DNA from: Actinomycetes bacterium
GTDB lineage: Bacteria; Actinomycetota; Thermoleophilia; BMS3ABIN01
Direction of reading: 5' to 3'
Assembly: GCA_021785935.1 (NCBI GenBank)
Contig: JAJYOG010000003.1
Location: 12,829-76,828 of the forward strand
Length of the DNA stretch: 64,000 nucleotides
In this document: in pieces, positions 1-7,199 of the stretch
How the letters are laid out: each line of letters opens with the position of its first letter
How positions within the stretch are numbered: position 1 is the first letter of the stretch
Position numbers and translations under genes: made by a program
Notes under the pieces: model-generated
Told to the model about the DNA's origin: nothing
Seen by the model: the letters and a program-made list of their open reading frames with translations, nothing else
The model's database searches: none

Positions 1-219
1 CTCATATCGCATTTCATAGCGGCCTGCAAGGATACGGCGAACCTCACGCGGCTCGAACTCTTCCAGTTTCTCACCAATACGCGGATAGGCCAGCAAACCT
101 TGAGGCGCCGCTGACAGGGCCTGTACCGTCTGTGCTGCTGCTTTAATGTCCACCGAAGCAAGAGACTCATAAAGCCTAACCAAGTCGGAGAGAGCCTTAC
201 TCGTCCGCTTAAGCTCCAT
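1..219 (-). CDS. parE: ParE/RelE-family type II toxin, copy 1 (partial, runs off the window start)
   Basis: Base-for-base identical (offset 3531) to the 5' 219 nt of the complete 91-aa ORF at 3475-3750. The ATG at 219 overlaps the parD stop (TAATG). Confidence 0.6.
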   Translation of the reverse strand, partial: MELKRTSKALSDLVRLYESLASVDIKAAAQTVQALSAAPQGLLAYPRIGEKLEEFEPREVRRILAGRYEMRYE

Positions 220-479
220 TAGCGCGGAGGCTTCAACGGCTTTTCAGTATCCAGACTGTCAGCCCAGGCTTGCACGGCCTGATGATCGATTACACGACCG
301 GCATCAACATCGGCTAGCGCCTCCCGCGTTAGCCTGCTTCGCTCTTCTTCCTGCTCAACCCAGGCAGAAAGGGCCTGTTTTACAACCCATCCGCGTGAGC
401 GCTCCAGACGGGCAGCTACCCGATCGACCTTTTCTGCCAGCGGCAACGGCACATGAGCGGTTAACACCTTGGTTTTCAC
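219..479 (-). CDS. parD: Ribbon-helix-helix (CopG/ParD-like) antitoxin, copy 1
   Basis: 86 aa from the GTG at 479 (the ORF track extends to a TTG at 497): VKTKVLTAHVPLPLAEKVDRVAARLERSRGWVVKQAL. This is an RHH-like N-terminus, and the gene is translationally coupled to parE. Copy 1 has no SD, unlike copy 2. Confidence 0.6.
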   Translation of the reverse strand: MKTKVLTAHVPLPLAEKVDRVAARLERSRGWVVKQALSAWVEQEEERSRLTREALADVDAGRVIDHQAVQAWADSLDTEKPLKPPR

Positions 480-554
480 GGATTCAGCAGGGTTCAATAA
501 CCGATTAGATGTTACTATATATTCAGGTCATATGCCCTAGATTTATAGGAATAC

Positions 555-1133
555 GTGCTATCGACTCTAATTACATCCAAAGCTCGCGTGGAGCTAATCA
601 CCTGGTTTATTACTCATCCAGGTGAACGCTACTATTACCGCCAGTTAATTGGCATTCTGAATGCGAGCAAACAATCGATTCAGAACGAGTTGGCGCGTTT
701 GGAAAATGCAGGTTTACTTTCCAGCCAGAAAGAGGGCAATATCCGCTTTTATCGGGTCAATAAGGATTTCATCTTCTATCAGGAAATTAAAAACATAATC
801 TTCAAGACCGTTGGCGTAGGCGATGAGCTAAAGAAGTCACTCGCCAAGATCGGAGACATTAGATCAGCCTTCATCTATGGGTCGGTAGCAAAAAACCTGG
901 AGGATGCCATCTCAGATATTGATGTCATGGTAATCGGCAACGTATCGGTCGATGCCGTCCACAAAGCCATTATGAAAGTAGAAGAGCATCTTGGACGTGA
1001 GGTTAACTATTCCATTTTTGACCCGAGCGATTGGAAGAAACAGCTGAAGAACAAAAGAGCCTTTGCGAGCAATGTCGCCAGGGATCAGAAAATATTCTTA
1101 ATCGGGAACGAGGATGAGTTGCGGAAGTTTTAA
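555..1133 (+). CDS. Winged-HTH plus minimal nucleotidyltransferase (MNT-type) domain protein
   Basis: 192 aa. The N-terminus looks ArsR-like wHTH (YYYRQLIGILNASKQSIQNELARLENAGLL). The NTase signature is GSVAKN...DIDVMVIG (G-S ... D-x-D). Confidence 0.7.
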   Translation: MLSTLITSKARVELITWFITHPGERYYYRQLIGILNASKQSIQNELARLENAGLLSSQKEGNIRFYRVNKDFIFYQEIKNIIFKTVGVGDELKKSLAKIGDIRSAFIYGSVAKNLEDAISDIDVMVIGNVSVDAVHKAIMKVEEHLGREVNYSIFDPSDWKKQLKNKRAFASNVARDQKIFLIGNEDELRKF

Positions 1134-1254
1134 TTAAAGGACGAAAAAATCGCAGATTCTGTTAGAACCGTCCTTTTCATATCCAGATAATACTCTAGTT
1201 AAGGTTATTGTCCTGTAACGATTAAGACAGTTGATTTCTATGGATAGGAAAAAC

Positions 1255-1599
1255 TCACCCAAAGAAGCAACAAAACGGATCTTCATCGATTTCGTCGACC
1301 AGCTCTTTGAGTTCGAAGCTGGATGACAACAAGTCGTAGGCGTGCCATTTCAGATCCCTTCGCTGCCAGTAAAGTCTCCACTCGTTCTTCGTGCGCACGT
1401 ATTAAAGCTTAGCCACCGGAATTTCCATCGTCTCACCAGGATCGTCCCAGGCAGGTCGTTTCTCTAACACCGTTACGTCATGCCCCTTGACCCGGTAAAT
1501 CAATTCGAGCTCGTTTTTTATATGGGCAGGAACTCGCTCCCGGCACATTCTGCCAACGACATTATCGATCTTCTTGAGTTCTATTTCACTGAATGCCAT
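1255..1599 (-). pseudogene. DUF3024-like gene interrupted by an in-frame TAA
   Basis: The 65-aa ORF (1402-1599, ...ETMEIPVAKL) stops at TAA 1402-1404. The same frame then continues YVRTKNEWRLYWQRRDLKWHAYDLLSSSFELKELVDEIDEDPFCCFFG to TGA 1255-1257, which I recall as the C-terminal half of the family (W.LYW..R...WH.Y). Confidence 0.55.
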
Positions 1600-1635
1600 T
1601 TGACGATTGTTTCATCATCTCCATAGCTTTTCTAT

Positions 1636-3174
1636 CTAAGACGACTTCCGCCCAATTCCTTTGCTCGCTTCCTTCAATATCGCCAGGATGAATTCACCGA
1701 AGGGCACGATACCTTCGTCCACCTGCGCCTTTGCCAAAGCTTCAAAGTACTCGCCCCGCTGCTCGGTCTTGATCGTCACCCATGAATAACCGGCAGATAC
1801 CAAAAGATAATTCATCAGCAGTCTTCCCGTCCTGCCGTTCCCGTCGGAGTAAGGATGGATGGCAACAAAGTAATAATGGGCCAGGATCGCCCGCACAACC
1901 GGATTTTCAAAAGCGTTTACAAGTTGCACGAAACTTCCCATAAGTTCATGCACCTTTTCGTGCGAGGGCGGCGTGTAACGGGTTCCCCTGATATAAACGG
2001 GCACGTTCCGGAAAGCCGTCAGACTATAGTAATCGACTATGCCAGCGTCAGCCGACGGCTTGAATAGGTTGTAATAGGTGTTTTTGATGAAATCCTCTGT
2101 GAGATGAGATTTCCCAAAATCTTGCTTTGCTCCGGCCAAAATAAAATCGAATGCTGCTGAATATCCGACAATGGCCATCCTGTTTTTCAGCTTCTCAAGA
2201 TAATCAGGCCCCTCGCCTTTTTCCTTCTTTGGAGCACGGCCGGACAGCAGTACATCGACCTCTTCCGGAGTTATCCTGTATCCCTCGAGTGACGTGGAAT
2301 GATAGGTGTCATATTTCTTGTGTTCCCTGGCTTGTTTTAACAGCTGACCGAGCGGCTGCTTTTTTATTCGCGCGATCTTTGGCCTCAGGCTCTTGTTCAG
2401 AACCTCTTCGAACTCTTTTGAGAGTTGCTCCTGCCTGATGACCCAGGGTGGCGATAATGCCGCAGGTTTTTCGGATGCGCGCCAGGATTCTTCTCTTTGT
2501 TTTTTGATGACTTGGTAATGCGTGTTATCCTCAATTATTTTCTTCAGAGCTGTTACCAAATCTGGCCTTTTTGCGTCCGTGGCCATTCCGATGAGGCGTT
2601 TGAAAATAACGGGCTTCGGGCTGGTGGCATAAATCGCGCCGAGCATCCTTCTGTCAAAATCTGTACCGGCGATAAAGCTCTGAACTTCCTTCAGCGGAAG
2701 TTTATTGACATCTACCAATACAAGTTCAGGAACAGCTACGGGAATCTGTCTGCCAGCGATATCCTGCTGCCCAATCAGCCGTTCATCAAAATGAGGATCA
2801 TGTCTGAGTTCAATTTTGAAATCCCACGGTAAGGAAATCGTTCTGTTGGTTTTATCTTGCGTCTTTACGGTCAAGCGATTCTGGGCTGCCTGGTCCCCGA
2901 TATAGATCAAAAGGGCAGATTCGCCACGCAGTGTCCATTTATGGTTGGCGAGAATCTGCTCTATGGCCTGCCAATAAAGAAGCGGGAATACCTCCTCGCT
3001 TTCATCTTCGGGCCGCTTGAGAATCCAGCAACCTCGGGAGGCTTTAAAGATCAGCCCGCACTTCCTGAGATAATAGCGCTGTCTTTGATCAGGTATTTCG
3101 TCCGAAGAAACGACGTATGTATTTTGTTTTGTTTTTTCGGCCCACCAATTCAGGGCCTTTTCTTGCAGAGTCAT
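1636..3174 (-). CDS. fic: Fic-domain protein (class II, self-inhibited) with an AbiEi-like N-terminal region
   Basis: 512 aa. The Fic active-site motif is HPYSDGNGRTGR. An upstream inhibitory-helix motif STSLEG fits (S/T)xxxE(G/N). The N-terminus LRKCGLIFKASRGCWIL resembles the AbiEi antitoxin wHTH. Confidence 0.8.
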   Translation of the reverse strand: MTLQEKALNWWAEKTKQNTYVVSSDEIPDQRQRYYLRKCGLIFKASRGCWILKRPEDESEEVFPLLYWQAIEQILANHKWTLRGESALLIYIGDQAAQNRLTVKTQDKTNRTISLPWDFKIELRHDPHFDERLIGQQDIAGRQIPVAVPELVLVDVNKLPLKEVQSFIAGTDFDRRMLGAIYATSPKPVIFKRLIGMATDAKRPDLVTALKKIIEDNTHYQVIKKQREESWRASEKPAALSPPWVIRQEQLSKEFEEVLNKSLRPKIARIKKQPLGQLLKQAREHKKYDTYHSTSLEGYRITPEEVDVLLSGRAPKKEKGEGPDYLEKLKNRMAIVGYSAAFDFILAGAKQDFGKSHLTEDFIKNTYYNLFKPSADAGIVDYYSLTAFRNVPVYIRGTRYTPPSHEKVHELMGSFVQLVNAFENPVVRAILAHYYFVAIHPYSDGNGRTGRLLMNYLLVSAGYSWVTIKTEQRGEYFEALAKAQVDEGIVPFGEFILAILKEASKGIGRKSS

Positions 3175-3185
3175 CTCAATATTCC

Positions 3186-3263
3186 TTAGCGGATAAAATA
3201 CAATATTTTATAGCGGTAATTATTCAATATTATTTAGTGGATACTATACAATATTTTATAGCG
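3186..3263. promoter_or_regulatory. Two ~30-bp direct repeats upstream of fic, each with an ATAAAATA/TATTTTAT-type dyad (putative operator/promoter)
   Basis: TTAGCGGATAAAATACAATATTTTATAGCG (3186-3215) versus TTAGTGGATACTATACAATATTTTATAGCG (3234-3263). The 17-mer TACAATATTTTATAGCG is exact at 3199-3215 and 3247-3263. Confidence 0.4.
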
Positions 3264-3308
3264 TGAAGAAACATTTGCAAGAGTTTTTTCTGTGGAAAAA
3301 AGGGAGCA

Positions 3309-3414
3309 GTTCGAGTCCCGTTAGGGGTTTACGATTTTGAGGAAAATACTTGGCTTACCTAAGCCAAAAACGAGGCATCAGATGTTGGTAGACCAGGTGC
3401 TACGTTGTTCGAAC
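3309..3414. repeat. tRNA-end-like / hairpin repeat element, copy 1
   Basis: GTTCGAGTCC...TTGGCTTACCTAAGCCAAAAACGAGGC..GATGTTGGTAGACCAGGTGCTACGTTGTTCGAAC. Same architecture as the copies at 4103, 6074 and 12880. Confidence 0.7.
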
Positions 3415-3474
3415 GCTCTCAGGAATGAGATCTGCCTTTTGCAGAGGCTGAGAGAGCACTTCAATTGAGGATAA

Positions 3475-3750
3475 TTATCGATTTTCCCGAGTATGCCAGA
3501 GCCTCAGCACGTAGATAATTGAAGCCTGAATCTCATATCGCATTTCATAGCGGCCTGCAAGGATACGGCGAACCTCACGCGGCTCGAACTCTTCCAGTTT
3601 CTCACCAATACGCGGATAGGCCAGCAAACCTTGAGGCGCCGCTGACAGGGCCTGTACCGTCTGTGCTGCTGCTTTAATGTCCACCGAAGCAAGAGACTCA
3701 TAAAGCCTAACCAAGTCGGAGAGAGCCTTACTCGTCCGCTTAAGCTCCAT
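3475..3750 (-). CDS. parE: ParE/RelE-family type II toxin, copy 2 (complete)
   Basis: 91 aa with a typical ParE C-terminus: GRYEMRYEIQASIIYVLRLWHTRENR. The start overlaps the parD stop. Confidence 0.75.
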   Translation of the reverse strand: MELKRTSKALSDLVRLYESLASVDIKAAAQTVQALSAAPQGLLAYPRIGEKLEEFEPREVRRILAGRYEMRYEIQASIIYVLRLWHTRENR

Positions 3751-4012
3751 TAGCGCGGAGGCTTCAACGGCTTTTCAGTATCCAGACTGTCAGCCCAGGC
3801 TTGCACGGCCTGATGATCGATTACACGACCGGCATCAACATCGGCTAGCGCCTCCCGCGTTAGCCTGCTTCGCTCTTCTTCCTGCTCAACCCAGGCAGAA
3901 AGGGCCTGTTTTACAACCCATCCGCGTGAGCGCTCCAGACGGGCAGCTACCCGATCGACCTTTTCTGCCAGCGGCAACGGCACATGAGCGGTTAACACCT
4001 TGGTTTTCACGG
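3532..4012. repeat. 481-bp perfect direct repeat, copy B
   Basis: Identical to 1-481. Identity ends 2 nt upstream of the parD GTG start. Confidence 0.95.
3750..4010 (-). CDS. parD: RHH (CopG/ParD-like) antitoxin, copy 2
   Basis: GTG start at 4010, preceded by a GGGAGG SD (rc of 4017-4022). The 137-aa extension in the ORF track (MAWLSQ...) runs into the repeat element and is not credible. Confidence 0.75.
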   Translation of the reverse strand: MKTKVLTAHVPLPLAEKVDRVAARLERSRGWVVKQALSAWVEQEEERSRLTREALADVDAGRVIDHQAVQAWADSLDTEKPLKPPR

Positions 4013-4102
4013 TAAACCTCCCTTCTAATCTCAACCAATCATATCGATTAATATTGATTAAAACAATATCATTTTCCCCAGAAATCCTTAATTTATTCAG
4101 AA

Positions 4103-4211
4103 GGTTCGAGTCCTGCGAGGGCGCTACGATTTCAAGAAACAGAATTTGGCTTAACCAAGCCAAAAACGAAGCGCTGGATGTTGGTAGACCAGGTGCTACG
4201 GTACTCGAACC
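4103..4211. repeat. tRNA-end-like / hairpin repeat element, copy 2
   Basis: GGTTCGAGTCCTGCGAGGGCGCTACG...TTGGCTTAACCAAGCCAAAAACGAAGC..GATGTTGGTAGACCAGGTGCTACGGTACTCGAACC. Confidence 0.7.
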
Positions 4212-4287
4212 GATATAGCAATGAATTTTGTCTGTTGAGGCAGATAAATACGAATATGCATTAATTCTGAAAAAATCGTTAGTGAAG

Positions 4288-4950
4288 TCAACTTATAATC
4301 TCTTCACCCTTCCTATATAGAGCCAAATCGAGCGCACGACGAGCAAGCCAGTTCAGGCGATGAGCAAATTCTGGACGTCCTTTCTCGGTTACATGTTCTC
4401 TGAAAGCGTCAGGATCTGGCAAAAGCTTTCCTAAGTCAGCACACCACATTGGATATTCACTCGGCCTTGGAGCAGATTTCCGGTGAAAGACCTTGCCGAC
4501 AACTGAATCATAAATGAAAAAAGGCATTTCTGGACAAAGAAAAAATGCAAGTTTGGAAGCGGAGACGGTACCTAATTGCCGCTTCTTCCCACTCGGCCCA
4601 GTACCTTCCATATTTGCCAGCTCATCTAAGATTCTAAATACGATGGCTTTATTGCCGCTATTTTGATATTCAATTCTTTGTTTAGCAACCGTGTCTTTCG
4701 CAAAGTTTTCGATTCGTGGTGCCCATTCAGAAATTCCGCCCCAGAATGTTCTGCCAATGCTGTAGCCCCCGGTACGTCTCTTTAAAGTATTCGTAGCTGA
4801 AAATTGTCGCAAGGTCTTTTCATTAATGGAGCCGGCCGAAAACTCTTCAAGAAATATTCGATCGCAGGCAGTTGTTCCCATACCGTCCCATTTGTCTATG
4901 GCAGCTTGGACAGAAATTTTGTCGATAGTAACTTCAACCATTTCTTCCAT
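4288..4950 (-). CDS. Hypothetical protein (orphan), apparently coupled to higA
   Basis: ORF 4288-4986. The likely start is MEEMVEV at 4950, 1 nt after the higA stop codon (4952-4954). I recognise no motif. Confidence 0.5.
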   Translation of the reverse strand: MEEMVEVTIDKISVQAAIDKWDGMGTTACDRIFLEEFSAGSINEKTLRQFSATNTLKRRTGGYSIGRTFWGGISEWAPRIENFAKDTVAKQRIEYQNSGNKAIVFRILDELANMEGTGPSGKKRQLGTVSASKLAFFLCPEMPFFIYDSVVGKVFHRKSAPRPSEYPMWCADLGKLLPDPDAFREHVTEKGRPEFAHRLNWLARRALDLALYRKGEEIIS

Positions 4951-4951
4951 C

Positions 4952-5275
4952 TTATGTGCCTGTTCGAAGTGGCCGGATTGACCCAAGTTCCTTTGCCTCG
5001 TTTTGCCGCACCTTATAAAGATCCCAACGAAGTTGAAGGTTCATCCAGAAATCCTCGGTCATGCCAAAGAACTTTGCGAGGCGTAGGGCGGTGCTAGGTG
5101 TGATTCCCCGCCGCTTGTTAACGATTTCATTAACGCGCTGGTAGGGGACATGAATGGAGGTGGCTAGTTCCCTCTGGGTAATGCCTATAGGCTCAAGGAA
5201 TTCTTCCAGCAGCATTTCGCCAGGATGAGTCGGTTCTCTATGTGCGGGGATTCTTACCATTACTATTCCTTTCAA
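4952..5275 (-). CDS. higA: HigA-family antitoxin (XRE-type HTH)
   Basis: HPGEMLLEEFLEPIGITQRELATSIHVPYQRVNEIVNKRRGITPSTALRLAKFFGMTEDFWMNLQLRWDL is the classic HigA signature. Confidence 0.85.
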   Translation of the reverse strand: MKGIVMVRIPAHREPTHPGEMLLEEFLEPIGITQRELATSIHVPYQRVNEIVNKRRGITPSTALRLAKFFGMTEDFWMNLQLRWDLYKVRQNEAKELGSIRPLRTGT

Positions 5276-5405
5276 TCAATGAATAATCACTTATTTCGAC
5301 CTCGGCCGGGCCTGATTCAGTCCATCTAAAGCAGACTCGGTATTGGTCGTTGATGCGAATGCTAAATTGAAGAAACGACTCAAGGGATATGCCGCAATGG
5401 GATAT
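5238..5405 (-). pseudogene. higB: higB (RelE-fold killer protein) remnant: N-terminally truncated and native stop lost
   Basis: The minus-strand frame reads ...GISLESFLQFSIRINDQYRVCFRWTESGPAEVEISDYSLIERN.... It has no start codon (upstream TAG, + strand CTA at 5406-5408). GATTATTCATTGA looks like DYH* with one extra T. Confidence 0.5.
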
Positions 5406-5483
5406 CTAATCGATTCAACGAGTGGAAATTACGGTTTGTGATTTGTATTTTGCACCGGCGGTAGCAATACTACAGCAGGATTT

Positions 5484-5775
5484 CTATCGACGAATCTGCC
5501 AGTGCGCGGGGTTCCGCTTCCTATGCATGCAAGCGACGATAATGATTCTTTCGTTCAGGGCTGATAGAAAAGTGCGTAGGGAAACCGGTGAAGAAGCGCG
5601 CGGCGAGTATCACGGTGGATTATGGGAAACCGGTTTGGATGCTCGCCAATAGCGCTTATAACAGAGAGAGTGCATCCAGGAAATCGTCGCCCAAGCCCGA
5701 GCGTTGAGACTCGTACCACAGGAAGGCATCTTCAACGTCCGCTGCGGCAGCAGGACGGAAGATTGGGGATGGCAC
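5484..5775 (-). pseudogene. ParE/RelE-family toxin split over three frames (two frameshifts)
   Basis: GTG at 5775 overlaps the antitoxin stop. Frame A reads VPSPIFRPAAAADVEDAFLWYESQRSGLGDDFLDAL. Frame C reads VISAIGEHPNRFPIIHRDTRRALLHRFPYALFYQP*. Frame B reads NERIIIVACMHRKRNPAHWQIRR*. The first shift sits at a (CT)4 run. Confidence 0.6.
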
Positions 5776-5996
5776 TACCGCCGCCGGCCACGAATCTGAC
5801 GGACTACCTCTTCCCAAGGAATGCCTTCTACATCTCCACGATCGATCTCATCAAGACGGTGATCGAGTTCGACCCGTTGGGCAGACGTAAACGGCACAGC
5901 GCCTGGATCGAGAGTGAGGCTATCCCAAAGCCGCTCAAGAAGTGTGAGCCGCTCATCCTGGGAAAGATCATCGATGTTAAAGGCTGGTTCTGCCAT
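5775..5996 (-). CDS. Putative addiction-module antitoxin component (TIGR02574-like)
   Basis: 73 aa: DDLSQDERLTLLERLWDSL...FTSAQRVELDHRLDEIDRGDVEGIPWEEV. This is typical of the small antitoxins paired with ParE/RelE toxins. Confidence 0.65.
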   Translation of the reverse strand: MAEPAFNIDDLSQDERLTLLERLWDSLTLDPGAVPFTSAQRVELDHRLDEIDRGDVEGIPWEEVVRQIRGRRR

Positions 5997-6073
5997 ACAG
6001 ATATTATGTCCTTCGCACAGCTTGAAGGCAAGTCCCCATATGCATCCTCTGGTATCAATCAGGCAAGAGAAAA

Positions 6074-6168
6074 GTTCGAGTCCTGGGTAGTGTTTTCGCC
6101 TTGATTGGGCTTTGTTAAGCCAAAAACGCGGAATTTAGATTTGGTAGACCAGGTGCTACGTTATTCGA
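6074..6168. repeat. tRNA-end-like / hairpin repeat element, copy 3 (most diverged)
   Basis: GTTCGAGTCCTGGGTAG...TTGGGCTTTGTTAAGCCAAAAACGCGG..GATTTGGTAGACCAGGTGCTACGTTATTCGAA. Confidence 0.6.
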
Positions 6169-6390
6169 AAAGAAAGAGTGAGATTCAATTATTGAGCAAG
6201 CTAGAAGTGTATTTGAAAAGGATCTGACCAGCGCTGAGCGCATCAATAGACATTTTGCATACCGGATTCCAGGGACTGACGCGTCAAGACGGGATTTGGG
6301 CGCAATCGCTTGAAACGGTATACCAGGGGAATCCGGTGCAATTGGTGACCCGGGAAACGCTGAGGTAGCCACATTTAAAATTCAGTGAAC

Positions 6391-6936
6391 TTATAGCCAG
6401 TATTCAGGATAGCTTCTGCCCGCGGGGATCTTGTTTACCAGCACAGCGGCGGCCAGGAGCAGCATAGCCGCTACTGCGACCGGGATGAAGGGATACAGAA
6501 AACCGAGCTTGTGCACCTGGTCGCCGCCGATGACGGCGATCAGCGCAGTGGCACCTCCGGGAGGATGGACGGTGTTGGTCACCAGCATCGTCGCGACAGC
6601 AAGCGACACCGCCAGCGCCGCCGCCAGCCAGGCCATCCCTCCCAGCACCTGCCATGCAGCGCCGCCTGCGAAAGCCGATATCAAATGGCCGCCGATGAGA
6701 TTCCGCGGCTACGCGAACGGGCTCCTTATGGCACCGAAAACCAGCACAGCCGAGGCTCCGATCGAGCCGATCATCAGCGTCAGGTCACGTGGCTCAAAAA
6801 ATCGCGAGCTGAGCCAGGAGCAGAGCGCGATTCCCACCAGCGCCCCCAGAGAGGACCAGAAGAGCTCTGAAAATCCAACCGGGGGCGGCGCCTTTGCAGG
6901 CCGTTTCTGTTTTAACGATGAGCTTGTTTCTGCCAT
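6391..6936 (-). pseudogene. HPP-family membrane protein interrupted by an in-frame TAG
   Basis: ORFs 6709-6936 and 6391-6684 are in the same frame. The read-through is ...GAIRSPFA-TAG(6709-6711)-PRNLIGGHLISAFAGG...VHPPGGATALIA (HPP motif). Confidence 0.65.
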
Positions 6937-7199
6937 GACGCTTGTGAGGCGCGGGCACTCGTCGCATGCCGGACCCAGTTTGGCCAGCCTTTCCGTGGCA
7001 TGCGCGAGCGCCAGACCATAGATCTTCCTCAGGTCCTCCTCAGTGACATCAAAATCAGCCTTCAGGTCCTTAAGAGCTGCCAGGATGTCGTCATCCGAGA
7101 TACCGACCTGAGTTATCCACTGGACTTTTGTTTTTCATCCGGCAATCCATGACCAACGAGCGTCTTTTCCGTGGGCGCGCTCATCTTTCCGGGCACGCT

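Larger units (their letters stand above)
1..481. repeat. 481-bp perfect direct repeat, copy A (pairs with 3532-4012)
   Basis: Read base by base, 1-481 equals 3532-4012 with no mismatch. The left boundary is unknown because identity starts at the window edge. Confidence 0.95.

Noticed and set aside
1136-1176. Hairpin AAAGGACG-N25-CGTCCTTT after the wHTH-NTase gene as a terminator
   Set aside because: The stem is only 8 bp and the loop is 25 nt. This is too weak to call without transcript data.
3750-4163. 137-aa extended form of parD (MAWLSQILFLEIV...) and the similar 12747-12938 ORF (MAWLSQKNFLEIV...)
   Set aside because: The shared MAWLSQ start is produced by the hairpin of the ~100-nt repeat element (rc of TTGGCTTAACCAAGCCAT). 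A GTG with a good SD at 4010 gives the conserved 86-aa antitoxin.
3309-6168. Repeat copies 1-3 as genuine tRNA or tmRNA genes
   Set aside because: Only T-loop-like fragments (GTTCGAGTCC, TCGAAC) are present. I could fold no D-arm, anticodon arm or complementary acceptor 5' strand on either strand.
6404-7021. ORFs 6431-7021 (+), 6511-6870 (+) and 6404-6655 (-) over the HPP locus
   Set aside because: These are shadow frames of a GC-rich membrane-protein gene. Only the frame containing the HPPGGA motif is family-like.
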